A stretch of DNA of 64,000 bases, from the NCBI GenBank assembly GCA_043228905.1, contig JBHGNT010000011.1, forward strand, positions 7,006,001 to 7,070,000, in the 5' to 3' direction. Both the position numbers and the translations under genes were made by a program. Every line of letters starts with the position of its first letter. Position 1 is the stretch's first letter. This document shows positions 23,797 to 37,124 of this stretch, piece by piece. The DNA comes from Azolla caroliniana (Eukaryota; Plantae; Polypodiophyta). The notes below the pieces were generated by a model, which saw nothing but the letters and a program-made list of their open reading frames with translations, was not told the DNA's origin and searched no databases.

Positions 23797-23867
23797 AGGC
23801 TAGGGACGGAGTCGAACCGTCATTCCAGGATTTGCAGTCTAATACATTGCCATTATGTTACCCAGCT
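23797..23867 (-). tRNA. trnC-GCA: Mitochondrial-type tRNA-Cys(GCA), NUMT copy
   Basis: AGCTGGGTAACATAATGGCAATGTATTAGACTGCAAATCCTGGAATGACGGTTCGACTCCGTCCCTAGCCT. Confidence 0.85.
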
Positions 23868-24999
23868 AGCAGAACATTTTTCTCGCTTAAATGAAGAGAG
23901 GCGGGACTCTCATTTAAGGGGGGTGACCTTAGGCCACCCTTTGAAATAAGCTAAAGCCTTACAATCAATTTCTGCAATGCCATAAAATGTGAACCAACAA
24001 CGATTTTGGGCAAAATAAGAATTAGTGATTGAAAAAGACCCGCAACTTGCTTGTACTGCCCACACGACTTGTTTATGCTTATTAAAGAACCTTTTAATGC
24101 TAATTCACAGAAAACTATACGAAGCATACAAAATAACAAATATACGAAACGGAAGCGACCAAACATTTGGAAATACGTCAATTTCTTATGATTCTATTGT
24201 TCTCGGTAAAATTCAAGTGGAACCTTGCCATCCGGGGGCCGATCTCTCCCTCGGGCGGCGGGCATGTACCGTGCAATTTGAACAACGCTTGAAGTCACTG
24301 CTCCCCAACAAACGTGTGAAACCTCATCGGGTCCATGTTATTCGATATGAGATTGTACCCCGAACACTTTGTGCCCCTCTGTTTCAAAGATTTGGTAGCG
24401 GTATTTAAGATAAGGACCTTAGCAATTTGGTAGGTTACCTTCGATCTGTTAAAGTATAAAGTACGTATCTAAGATTTCTTTCCTGGCCTTCCTCGTATTT
24501 GCATATTAGGGGTGCAACCTGACTGCCCTCTCTGGTGCGCTCCATACCACTGTTTTCTATAGCTTAGACAAGTGGTCGATCCCCAACTCTTTGTCTTTGA
24601 TCGGTATATTTATAGCGTTTGTCAGGCGCTAACTATATTTGGGGAAGGGTTTCCAAAGCCTAGACTTATGCTTGGCTGCCGAAATACATACACGACTCGA
24701 ATAAATAAACAACCCAGGACATGACGATAAATCTGACCAGTTATCTGCGAGAGAATGATAATGAGAAAATCTCATAATAACGTAGTTGTGATACTATATG
24801 ATTTAGTCATGGCTGTTACCCTTTAGTGTCGTTACAGATTTGGGTTTTCGCCCCCCTTATGACGAAATGTGTATTTTGTACGGTTTGGTGATTACTCTAT
24901 CTACAGAAGCTTTCATGTAGACGGACGCAATTCTTGGTTTTCATATAATAGAGCTGATTCTTTGCCCAGAGCCCCGCTCGATACGAGTTCCCTTTAGGC

Positions 25000-25850
25000 T
25001 AATGGTTGTTCCTAGAAATGAGGTTTCTTCGCTGCACGGGTGAGTATTTTTTTTTTCCCTTCCATTCTGGGCGCTCTCTCAAGAGTTCTGCCATCTCTGC
25101 TTCCGGCTACTTTGCCTTTGATAATAGAGCGGTTACTCCGATGATAGGATTGTCTACGTGACGAACATGTTTTAGTCATCGGAAGTCCTTCTCGTTCATT
25201 ACCGTAGTGGGTGTCTGTTTTTATCAACTTTCCAATTTTGCTACCTGTTAAGCTTGTCTTTGTTCCTGAGCGTACCTTAGCCTGAAGGTGATTTTCATCC
25301 ACTTGCTATTTGTTTTCCAGAAAACGCTTCGCATTTCCTATTCTACGGGCCTTTCTCTGCCACGGTTAAATTTCCGTATTTTTTCTATCACCATTCAATC
25401 AAGCTCGTTATGGTAGATACTCACCAGTATCGGGGATATGTTATTCCCCATCTCTTTTTTTGCGAACAAAGTGGGCAACCTTTCGGGCCACCTTCGGGGC
25501 CCTAGCCAACAAGCCGCCTTTGTGGTGTTGAATCTGCATTTGCCCGTGCGTAGTGTTCTTCAAATAAGTCTCATCAATTTATTGTCTCTGATCCTTCTCC
25601 CTATGATTTCGGTTAGTATATGCGAATTGATGGTGCCATAGCAGTTGCTTGTGCCTCCCCTAATTGCCCACATAGCGGCTTTGAAATTGGTGCGTATCCT
25701 TTTGGGTGTAGTACGACACGATTTTCTTTATTAAAACCCGTGTGACATTTTGCTGAATGTCGGTTCATATACCACTTCCAAAATCATCCTTGGCGCTTCA
25801 AGAACGATCTCATCCGGGATTATGTTCAAGGGTCAAGATTCGCTCTATCC
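25000..25850 (-). pseudogene. Group II intron reverse transcriptase/maturase remnant
   Basis: Manual translation gives [63 protein letters not shown] and MGNNISPILVSIYHNELD (RT domains 2-4). A candidate intron 5' end GTGCGAC starts at 26529 (minus). Confidence 0.8.
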
Positions 25851-26993
25851 ATGAGGAGGAAGGCCTCGTCCATAAGGAAATTTCTCCGTTCTCAGTTCCT
25901 CTTAGACTTAGTTAATCTAGTTTGCTGGGGTGCTATCTAACATCTAGCCTAACATAGCTGGGGTAGGGCGGTGCGATTAGACGTTACCCACCGCTATGAA
26001 TGGTGGATCTCTGTCCAAAGTAAGGAATATGGATTGTAATATTTATGTTTTGGATTGACCTAGTTTGTTCAATAGATTTAGTTAGGGTAGTTCGGCACCC
26101 ACGACGTTGGTGTGCAGAGGTTCTTTAACTTGAGTTTCTCCAACTCCCGTAAGCATGATGGCGTATGTCTTGAAGTGGATCTCTCTAGCCAGTTGGGCCT
26201 TCGGCCCACTACGGCCATTCTTAGTTTGGTTTTGACAGTGCTATCTCAAGGGGCGCCAAATTAAGGATTATTGAGAGATCTCGTCGAGACCAGGTCACCG
26301 TGCATCGCTCAGTTAGAATTTAGTGACCTAACTTGAGTGGTTCTTTTTACCGAAGTAGTAAAGGGCTTTTCGGAATCCTCCCGTTGCCTAGTTGCACCTT
26401 TGTTGGGGTCCCCTCTTAAGTAGATCTCTCTCACCCGGCTCTTTGGCGCCTCAACTTTACCTCATGGAGTTTTTCTACCGAAATATGAGGCCAAGGGACT
26501 CCCCCATGTAGTCAAACTTCAAGTCGCACAATGAAGATTAAGGCCTATTACCCTGCCATCATCGGCAGTTCATGTAAAGAACTGGTGTGTCATGTATATA
26601 TCGGCAATTATCTAGTTCAACCTAGAAATCCTTGTTCCAGTAAACACAACAATAATCGTAAGGGTCAAGGTCACCTTGCCCATCAAACTAGACATGAAGG
26701 TCTCCCCTCATCTGGGTTAATTAGTTATAGCTTCATTGAATTCACCTCGTGCGTGCGCAATCACCGGATCCGGATAGGAGTTAACTAGAACACTATGCAT
26801 CTGGACATGATGGTGGTGACATGGAGGAGAGGGATTCGTTTTCGGTTCAGTGCTGGCTGAATGGCGGCCAGGCCTGATAGTCTTTATCTATCCCAAAGTT
26901 CACCCCCTCAAGGCCTTCATGATGAACCGGTTGAACGGAAATGGTCGAGATGTCTCACTAGCTTACGGACGTGATAAATCTCAATGTCAAGTC

Positions 26994-28358
26994 TGTTGTG
27001 TAAAATTGTCCCTCCTTACAAGGGAGTCGGCTAAAAAGCCAAAATCGGCCGAAGAGCCGATTCGAGACACGGCACGGCCGAAGAGCCGACCCGTGCACAA
27101 TCAACCCAAGACATGGCGAGGAGCCAACCCGTGCACAGCCGACCCGAGACACGGCTCGGCGGAAAAGCCGAACCGTGCCAAGAGTTGAAGGGGACTCAAA
27201 TGTGGATACACATATATACACACTTCTCTTCACATCTACGTGTATGTGGGTTAGCATACATATATGCTAAGAGGCATTCACTGCCTTTGTATGTGGGATA
27301 AATGACCCAGAGTAAAAGTAGTGAGTGTAGCTATATACATATAGTAAACTCAAGTGAGTGGTATTTTTATTATGAGTGGGTTTTAGGCGCGAGAGTGTGC
27401 AGAGCGAAAAATGAGTTGCAGAAGAGAAGTGTGACTTAGAGAACGATTGGGTATATACACAGTAGTGGCTGTGAGAACGCAATAGAAAAAGTTGAGTGTG
27501 TGTGAAGAAAAGGGTGAAGAACAAAAGGGAAGAAAGACGAGAACTGAGAAGCCTAGGGGAGCTTCGAAAAGGAAAGACACCTACGCATTAGGGTTTGGTA
27601 TGCTCATCTGAAATCGTGGTATCAAAGAACATTCAGACCAATACAGGTTCTTTTATTCAGTGGTTGTATTCTGTCTTTCGATCATAGTGAAATTTTGTTC
27701 CATGGTTTTTCCCTGAAATCAAGGTTTTCCACGTAAATCTTGTTTTACTCTTTACTTTCAGTTTGTGTGTAAGGTTATTTCGTAATCCTTGTCTGAGTGA
27801 AAACTTATCAAACTGGTATAAGAGCATAGGTTTTAGATGGAAGGGGGTGTGAATGGCTTTCCGGGGATGATTGTCCTAAACTCACAAAACTACTCAGACT
27901 GGAAGATCAAAATGGAAGATCTTTTGATAGTCAAAGACTTATATGAGCCTATAGAGAATAAGGATATACCAAGAGGGGTAATAGAATCAGAGTGGAAAAT
28001 TCTAAATAGAAAGGCAGTGGAAACTATAAGACAATGTGTAGACATTAGTGTCCTACAACATGTAGCAAGTGATACCAATGCCTTTGAGTTATGACATAAA
28101 CTCTCTGCCCTCTATGAAAGGAAAAATGCCTTAAATAAAACTTTCTTGATGAGGAAGATAGTGAGACTAAAGTATGTAGATGGGGAGAGTATTGTAGAGC
28201 ACATTAGTACTTTTATGGGACTGGTAAATCAGTTAGCCTCAGCGAAGTTTCCATTAGATGATGTTATGCAGGCCACACTACTGCTATGTACTCTACCGGA
28301 TAGTTCGGAAAACTTATTAGTGACACTCAGTACTTCATCTAAAGAAGACAACCTATCT
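26994..28358 (+). mobile_element. 5' end of a Tork/Tnt1-like copia (LTR 26994-27810, PBS 27814-27825, gag from 27837), interrupted
   Basis: TG..CA LTR, PBS TGGTATAAGAGC, and gag NYSDWKIKMEDLL homologous to the 38424 ORF. Confidence 0.85.
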
Positions 28359-28700
28359 TGTTGAGCGGCAAGCTCAACCGGAGCCGGATCGGCTGAATAA
28401 GCCTGAGCCGGTAAGCGAGATGAATCGGTATGCCAGTGAGCAACCGAGCCGGTAAGTAGTAAGGACCGGTGAGCTGGGGAGCCAGTATGCCGGATCCAAT
28501 CCGTAACCAGAAGCCTAGTATAGGTTAGACTACCAGGCAGTTATAGTCTCGTAGTTAGTGTCAGATGCTCGTGTGAGCATTGAAATACACCGTACTTCTA
28601 ACAGTCCCATGTGGACTTGTATAAATAGCGTTGATGAGCGCATTGTAACATAGACAGAAAGCACAGAGTATTCATATAATTTTGAAAAATAGTGTGTCTT

Positions 28701-28701
<1 letters not shown>

Positions 28702-28743
<42 letters not shown>
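28702..28743. repeat. (CT)n microsatellite in the LTR
   Basis: About 21 CT units. Confidence 0.9.
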
Positions 28744-28748
<5 letters not shown>

Positions 28749-31700
28749 GCCCGCTTACTCTCTCCCTCTCTTTGTGTATTGTTCTTTCTAACGCTTCCGC
28801 AAGCAATCTTTGACATGGTATCAGAGCGCGTGGGTTGAGAACCTCTGCTGCAGACATCTACGCTAGTGAAGGAAACCCTAACAGATCGGAAAACAGACAC
28901 AAAAGAAGAAATGGACAGAGGTATGGCTACGTCGCTCCCGGTGGAGAAGCTTGACAGAACCAACTATGCATCTTGTTCATACAAGATGCACCAGTACCGG
29001 CTTGGGCATTGCTACTGGAGTTATGTCGATGGAGTGAACGATTCAGCACTGGAGACGACACACAAGGACTTCCCAGTGTGGGAACAGGCGGCAAGCAAGG
29101 TGATGTACTGCTTCGCGTCCAGTGTAGGTGACCAGCTGCTCGGGCATATTCGTGACGCCAAGACACCAAAGGATGCTTGGGGAAACTTGAAAAAGGTTTT
29201 CGCCGCAAGCACCATTGCCCAGAAGCTGCAACTCAAACAAGAGTTGAGCAATGTTCGATAGAAGAACATGTCGGTGGCAGATTACACAGCCCGGATCAAA
29301 GGGATTTGCGACTCGCTTGCCTCTATTAACGTCACCGTAGAGGAAGACGAGATGGTGCAGGTCTGTCTTGGAGGCCTGGCGTCCAAGTTCGGAGCTTTCC
29401 GGACTGCGGTTTGTACAAGGGAGAATATGCCCTCATTTTTCGACTTACAGTCAATGCTCCTTGTAGAGGAGAACCACGCCGGTGCATCTACCAGTGCATC
29501 CCCAGATAGCCAAATGTTGTACATGGGAGCGGATCGGTCCCGCGGGCATGGTGGACGAGGCAGGTCGGCACGCAATGGAGGCGGCCGACAAGAGCAGGAA
29601 CGAAGGCACAGTGAGCGTGCCGACAGCAGTTCCGGGACTTCCACAAGCAGAGGGAGTTAAGGTGGTGCCGGAGGCCGGCAAGACAAATCCGCTACGGAAT
29701 GCTGGTACTGTGGCAAAAAGGGCCACAGGGAAAGCGAGTGCTGGAGAAAGCGTGCCGATTCGGACAAATCCGGATCCGGCAAGACCGGTAAGGAAGGACG
29801 GCAAAGCTCACACTACGCAAACGGATCAGGAGGATCCAAGAACGGTAAGGGGCCAACCTTGGTGATGAAGCACAAGACAAACTCAATGAAGAAGACCACT
29901 TCCAAATCGGAGGAAGTGTGGTACATTGACTCTGGCGCATCGAACCACATGACGAGCCACGAGGAGTGGTTCTCCTTTTTGGAGAAGCCGGATCAACCGG
30001 GAGTTGTCGAAACCGGAGACGACACTCCCCACCAGATCGTACACGTCGAAGAAGTCCCTTTGAGCCACGTCGGAGAGAGGGGGAAGCTGATGAATGTATT
30101 ACATGTTCCGACTATCACGAAGAACCTGGTGTCGGTCGAACAGATTGTCAACCAGGAGATGCAGGTGCGGTTTACGCACCTTGGGTGCTTCATTGAGGAT
30201 GAGAGCGAAGTTATTGCGCAAGGGCGCAGAGATGGGAGGATGTTTATCCTCAACACCAATGACGTCGGCACCACACTGTTTGCCAAAGGACAGAAGGTCG
30301 AGTCGGATATCGACCTGTGGCACAAGCGGATCAACCACGTCAACTACCGAAGGCTTCAAGACCTGCAAACGGAACAAGTCATTTTCGGTTTGCCAAAGTT
30401 TAGTGACCGGAGAGCCCATATTTGTGAAGCTTGCCAACTCGGGAAGCAACACCGGCTTCCATTCCCCACCGAGATGTCGAGTTTGATGAATCGGCATCGT
30501 GGTATTCTTTACCAACTCCGACTTCCGATCCCGACCCGATGTCGGAGGATGGGGCTAGTGAGCCTGAACCGGCCCAGGTAGAGAAAGATGAAGCCGGGAC
30601 TCAAGATGAGAGTCCGGAATCATTCCGGTTAAGCGGACCGAATGAGAGACTGGATCAGTCCAACCAGTCGGATGATGAGACGGCGAGTAATGGAGACTCT
30701 GTCGTGCTCTCCCCGCGCAAGGAACCGAGGAGACGGTTCACACGCAAAGAGAAAGGGAAGCAGAAGATGCCTGAATTCGAGACCGATAATAATGAGTCAG
30801 ATCGGTGCGTATTTGACTTCGGCAAGGACATAGGCAGATCTTCGGGAACGAAGACCGAACCAGCCAAGAAGGGTCTCATACCAGGTAACGGTGAGTTACG
30901 CCGGTCCACCCACCAGAAGGATCCTGTTAAACGGTACGGGTATAACGAGTACATGGCATATCATTATGCGTACATGACCAAGGTCGCAGAAGTGCGTGAG
31001 CCGGAGAGCTACGCAGAAGCGACAAAGGACGCAAATTGGCGTGCCGCTATGGAGGAAGAAATGCGGGCACTAGATGCCAACGGAACTTGGGACCTGGTTG
31101 ACCCTCCCCATCACTGTAAACCGATCGGATGCAAGTGGGTGTACAAGATAAAGTACAATGCCGACGGTACAGTTAACCGGTACAAGGCCCAATTCGTGGC
31201 GAAGGGATATGCGCAAACCCACATAATCAACTACGACGAGACCTTCACTCCTGTAGCAAAGATGACGATGGTTTGTGTGGTACTGGCGGTTGCTGCAACA
31301 AGGGGGTGGCATCTTCATCAGATGGATGTGAAGAATGCATTCCTTCAAGGAGATCTTGAAGAATAAGTCTTTATGACTCAGTGTCAGGAACAATACTAAG
31401 ACAGAGAAGGAATTAGTACTAAAAGAAGTATTAGTACTAAGAGAGGTGAAGAACTCTCGAGAGAAGGAAAGAGTGAGTGAGAGGGAGGGAGAGAGAGATC
31501 GAGAGAGAGACAGAGAGTGATGATAAGAAAAGATATATATTATGTGAAGAAAATGTACAGTAGCTAGGAGGCTTAAGACTGGCGTTGAACCGATTTGGTT
31601 CGAAATAATGCCTTGTGCCTCCTTTTATAGTGTTCTAAGGAATACTCCTGAAGTTTCTAGAATGTTCCAGAGAAATCTGGAATATACATCAATTTTCTAT

Positions 31701-31829
31701 AATAAAATATAAATGAAAATAATATTCTATGTATTACAATGTATAGTCTAATGGTCAAGAGCTCGACCCATGTAGTATAAGGTCATGGGTTTGAGTCTTG
31801 CCATATCATGACATTATCCCTCCTTTAAA

Positions 31830-34800
31830 ACGACGAGTGTAACGATTCAGTTTGGATTGAGGACCCGGTTTGTCTGGATATTGACGATGGAAGTCTTCAA
31901 GAAGAGCACGAGCATTGGTGACATTCTCTATCGGTTCCCAAGTATGCTCGTTGGGACTATATCCTAGCTAGTCGACTAGATAGTAGAGCTTGTTGCGAAC
32001 AAGCTTGGAATCAAGGATGGCGGCAACCTCGTACTCAGGTCCATCTTCAAGCTCGATCGGGGGTGGAGGCTGTGTAATACGTCCTGGGATGGTGCTTTCT
32101 TGATAGGGTTCGAGGAGAGAACTATGAAACACCGGATGTATCCGAAGTTGTGGAGGTAGATCAAGACGAAAAGCAACATCATTAATCTTTCCGATAATAT
32201 GGAAAGGACCTAATCGCCGATAATCCAACTTCTCGCATGGGCGAGTAGTCTTGATGTGTCATCGGAGTAGCCATACCCGATCTCCAATGTTAAAACTAGA
32301 TGGGAGTCAATGACGATCCGCATAAACCTTGTGTGTTTGTTGAGCTTGTTGGAGATGAGTAGATAAATCCGCTTGTATCTTGCGTAACCTCTCCAAACGA
32401 TCCTCTGCGCAAGGACTTGTGGAGACCTCTGGGGTTTCAAGTACACACCACCGGGGGTGACATCCCGTATAAGCATAAAATGGTGTAACTTTCGTGGATG
32501 CGTGGATAGAGTTGTTATAGGAAAATTCGGCGAAGTGGAGAATATCTGCCCAGTCATCCTGATGATAGCTGAGAAAGCACCGCAGATACTGCTCCAGCGT
32601 TTGATTGGTTCGTTCGGCTTGGCCGTCGGTTTGTGGGTGGTAGCTGGAGGAGAGGTTACAAGTGACCTTGAGCATGTTAAAAAGGTGCTTCCAGAATTTT
32701 GACACGAACTGGGGTCCACGGTCGCTGATGATACTATCGGGAAGTCCATGATGCCAGCATACTTCACGCATGACAATTTCGGCAGTGTCTTCACTGGAGA
32801 TCTCCTTAGTACATGGCAAGAAATGAGCCATCTTCGTATATCGATCGACCACCGTTAGAATCGCATTGAACCCCTTAGAGACTGGAAGATTTGTGATGAA
32901 GTCTAGAGCAATGGATTGCCACGGCTTGCTTGGAATTGGTAATGATTCTAATAAACCATATGGATGATGCCTTGGCATTTTCGCTCTGCAGCATGTATCA
33001 CAAGTCCGAACAAAATCCTCGACAAATTGTCGCATACAGGGCCACCAGAATGATCGTTGTACTAAATGGAGTGTTTTAGTACTACCAAAATGCCCAGTTG
33101 TATATGTGTCATGACAGTTTTGTACTACTTGAAGGCGGCAAGAACCATTAGGAACATACAAAAGTTCTTTAAAGAAGAGTAATCCATCATGGTATTTGAA
33201 TTGTCGATAGTCCGTACCTGGTGGTTGCGACTGTGAACACGACGCTCGAGATGGATCAATTTGTGCTAGTATAGCTTGGGCGAACGCATCTGTCTTCAAG
33301 TCTTTGCGTATGGTATCGATAACGCGGGAATCCATGGGCATGTCAAAGATCTTTGTTGCTTGTAGTCGTGCCGGTCCCAAAATGACTTGTTTTTGGTTAT
33401 CAAAAGCTGGCCCGCCAGGACGGGGTGCTAAGTACGAACGTCGTGATAATGCATCGGCCTTCCCTTGGTGCTTCCCCGGACGATATGTAATTTTGAAGTC
33501 GAAACGCGTGAGGAAGTGGGCCCACCGAGCTTGACGTCGATTCAACACACGAGCATCCTGAAAGTAGGCAAGGTTCTTGTGGTCACTAAATACGGTGACC
33601 GGATGAGAGGATCCCTCCAGAAAATGCCTCCATTGCATAAAAAAATCCACTATTGCCAATAGCTTCTTATCATGAATTTCGTAGTTGATTTCGGCGGCGT
33701 CAAACTTGCGTGAGTGAAAAGCCACAGGATGTAGCTTCTCATCATTCCCCTGTTGTGATAGAATGCTCCCCAATGCAAAATCCGATGCGTCAGCTTCGAT
33801 AATAAATGGTTTTTCCGGATCAACATGAGCTAGAATTGGAGCCGATGTAAATGCCTTTTTAAGACTCTCGAAAGACACGTCCGTTTCTTCAAACCAAATG
33901 AACGGTTGTCCCTTCCTGGTAAGTTGTGTGAGAGGTAGAACGATCTTTGAGTAATCTTGTATGAACTTCCGGTAAAAATTGGCAAAGCCTAGGAAGCATT
34001 GCACATCCCGCACCGAACGTGGAGTCTGCCATTCTACCACCGTTTTGACCTTAGCTGGGTTCATGGAGATGCCTTTTTACGAAATGATGTAGCCGAGAAA
34101 TTCCACTTGGTTGCACCCGAAACTACATTTTTCCAGCTTTGCATACAGACCATGTTCTCGAAGTCGTTTTAGTACTAATAGTACATGAGAATCATGTTCT
34201 TCTTGGGTCTTTGAATAAACTAGTAGATCATCCAAATAGATGATCAAACAATCATCCAATAGATCTCGGAATATATCATTAGCCATGTGCTGGAAGACTG
34301 TCGGTGCATTAGTGAGGCCGAACGGCATGACCTTATACTCAAAGTGCCCATATCTGGTGCGAAACGCGGTCTTCCATTTTTCTCCTGGTCGGATCCGTAC
34401 GAGGTTATATGCTCCCCGTAAGTCAATCTTCGTGAAGAACCTGGCACCATTGATCCGTTCTAAAAGACTTGAGATAAGGGGAAGAGCATACCTATTCCTG
34501 ATTGTAACCTTATTCAGGCCACAGTAATCTACAACAAGACGAAGCGATCCATCCTTTTTCTTGACGAAGAAAATGGGCGTGCCGGTTGGAGATTTCGAAT
34601 GCCGGATGAAACCATTTTCCAAATTCTCCTCTATATAGGCCCGAAGGACTTCCAGCTCGGTTGGTGACAAATTGTAGATCGGTCCCCATGGCGGCTCTTT
34701 TCCCGGTTGTAAATTGATGGGGCAATCGTACGGTCGATGATGAGGAAGTGTGTTGGCTTGTACTTTATCGAACACATCGGCGTAATGACGATACTTCTCA

Positions 34801-35237
34801 GGAAGTTGAACGGTGGATCCTTCTTTAGTGGTGCTGGAGGGGTTTACTGATATTGTAAAGAGGAACATTTTCTCCTTGTGCCCTTCTTTACGCAACTGAC
34901 GTAGTGAAATGGTTGCCATCTTCTGAGTTGACCCTTGGGTTTGTCGACACTGGATTTCTCTTGTTCTCCAATCTATGTCTGGGTTATGTAACTCGAACCA
35001 CGGTAATCCTAAAACTATGGGATGTTCTGGGATACTAATAATATTAAATGATACTACACATGCTAAGTTATCTAGGACAATATTAATGGGCTCTGACTCT
35101 TCTATGATATTTCTAGAAGCAATGGGACGTCCATCAATGACTACTACAGAGGCTGGACACTGGAGTTTTCTTAGGGATATCTTATGAGCTTGAGCAAATT
35201 TCTTATCCATAAAGCAAGACTTAGCTCCGGAATCTAG
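31830..35237 (-). pseudogene. pol: Gypsy pol (PR-RT-RH-INT-chromodomain) with a few stops
   Basis: ORFs 34077-35210, 32307-34064 and 31968-32228. Confidence 0.92.
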
Positions 35238-35244
35238 GCAGAGG

Positions 35245-35826
35245 CTAGACGGTCACCTTGGCGTATGCAGAGGCTAGACGGTCACCTTGGCGTAATCGCC
35301 GAATTTTGTTGATTGCGGTCCTGATGCTGTCAGTATCTCCGAAACATGCTTTAAACTCACCTAGAAACTCTTCAAAATTGTTGAGTAACGGGGATTCTTT
35401 TTCTAATAGTGGAGCGAACCATGCCAATGCTGAGCCACTTAACAATGTGCCTACTAAACCCACTCGTGATGCATCGGTGGGATACCGGTAAGGATGCATT
35501 TGAATAACTAATCGTACTTGGTTAAGGAAACCTCTAAACTGCGATCGTGTTCCATCGAACTTCGTGGGAAGGCCAATCTTGGGTTCTTTATGAATCCCTT
35601 GTGTTCCGGGCCCTTGTTGTTGCATCGCTACGATGGTTGCTTCGAGTTGTTGCACGCGTAACGCAAGTTCCCCATGTTGTTGTTGCGTTTGCTGCTTTTC
35701 TAAGGAGATTTGCTGAAGATCCCCCAACAACCGTTGGTTTTCTTGTTCCAAAGCATGGAACTTCTCTTTCAAGCATTGAAATTCCGAGAAAACAGATTGA
35801 TATTCTTCAGCCCTAACAGTGGCCAT
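35245..35826 (-). pseudogene. gag: Gypsy gag, C-terminally truncated
   Basis: Coiled coil followed by PTKFDGTRSQFRGFLNQ..LSGSALAWF. Confidence 0.85.
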
Positions 35827-37124
35827 GGGATGAAAGAAAAGAGGAATAAGAGATTAGTAGGAAATGAGAGAGACAGAAGGTAGGAAAATCGGTTCAAATT
35901 GTCAAGAACAGTACTAAGACAGAGAAGGAATTAGTACTAAAAGAAGTATTAGTACTAAGAGAGGTGAAGAACTCTCGAGAGAAGGAAAGAGTGAGTGAGA
36001 GGGAGGGAGAGAGTGAGAGAGAGAGAGAGAGAGTGAGTGATGATAAGAAAAGATATATATTATGTGAAGAAAATGTACAGTAGCTAGGAGGCTTAAGACT
36101 GGCGTTGAACCAATTTGGTTCGAAATAATGCCTTGTGCATCCTTTTATAGTGTTCTAAGGAATACTCCTGAAGTTTCTAGAATGTTCCAGAGAAATCTGG
36201 AATATACATCAATTTTCTATAATAAAATATAAATGAAAATAATATTCTATGTATTACAATGTATAGTCTAATGGTCAAGAGCTCGACCCATATAGTATAA
36301 GGTCATGGGTTCGAGTCTTGCCATATCATGACACTCAGCCCCCCGGATTTCAGTCGGAGGTGAACAAGTCGGCGGTATGCTGGCTGAGGAAGTCGTTGTA
36401 CGACTTGAAGCAAGCCCCTCGTGCTTGGAATGCTAAGATCACGCACCGGTTGCGAAAGATGGGGTTTGTTGCCTCTAAGTCGAACTCTTCCCTGTTCATC
36501 TGTCAAGGCTCAAACGGTCCGGTATGTATCTTACTCTATGTTGATGATTTAGTCATCACCGGCCCACGTGTTCCGGAAATCAACCGCGTCAAGTCCCAGT
36601 TGTCGGACGCATTCGATATGAAGGACATGGGGGACCTTCATTAGTTTTTGGGTATCGAGGTGATCCGTGACGAGAACTCAACGCTCCTTATCCGCAACGC
36701 TCGGCCACAACCGAGCTTAGAATCATACACAAAAAACGGGAAATAATAAACGACACAAAGAAGAGAAGAGTACACAGGAGGTTTACGTGGAAAACCCCAA
36801 ACTAGGGAAAAACCACGCCAGCCCACAGGCTGCAAACTGTCACTATATAAGAATGTACAACAGTGAGTTCACGGAGGCAACGACCTCGTGCTCACAGTCT
36901 TCACCACATGCGGCGGTTACAACTGAGGCAGCGACCTCTATCTCTCTCTCTCTCTCTATACACTATTACGCGCACTAATCTCGTGCAAAACAAGAATGAC
37001 AACTACAACTAAAAGTTTGCCCTAAGTCATTTTTATACTAATATGACTTTTCGGCTATTTACAAATATAGCCATGATGGACTCTCAGAAAACATATTTAC
37101 GAATATGTCTCTTCATCCGGTTCT

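Larger units (their letters stand above)
22220..26993. other. Nuclear insertion of mitochondrial DNA (NUMT), mosaic and decayed
   Basis: Contains a mitochondrial-type rrn18 fragment, trnC and a group II intron RT/maturase. The right boundary is taken at the next LTR and is uncertain. Confidence 0.75.
31382..36333 (-). mobile_element. Near full-length Tcn1-like chromovirus (LTRs 31382-31813 and 35900-36333)
   Basis: TSD CTCAG at 31377-31381 and 36334-36338; order gag, protease (LDSGA), RT (YLDD), RNase H, integrase, chromodomain; PPT at ~31814-31829. Confidence 0.95.
28359..36667 (+). mobile_element. Ty1/copia element of the same family as 17039 (5' LTR 28359-28815, PBS 28816-28827); integrase deleted; RT interrupted by two insertions
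   Basis: LTR similar to 17039; YIDSGAS; QMDVKNAFL before 31382 and [13 protein letters not shown] resuming at 36339. Confidence 0.9.

Noticed and set aside
26530-26560. Assigning the exon upstream of the group II intron to a specific mitochondrial gene such as atp9
   Set aside because: I could not match it convincingly by eye.
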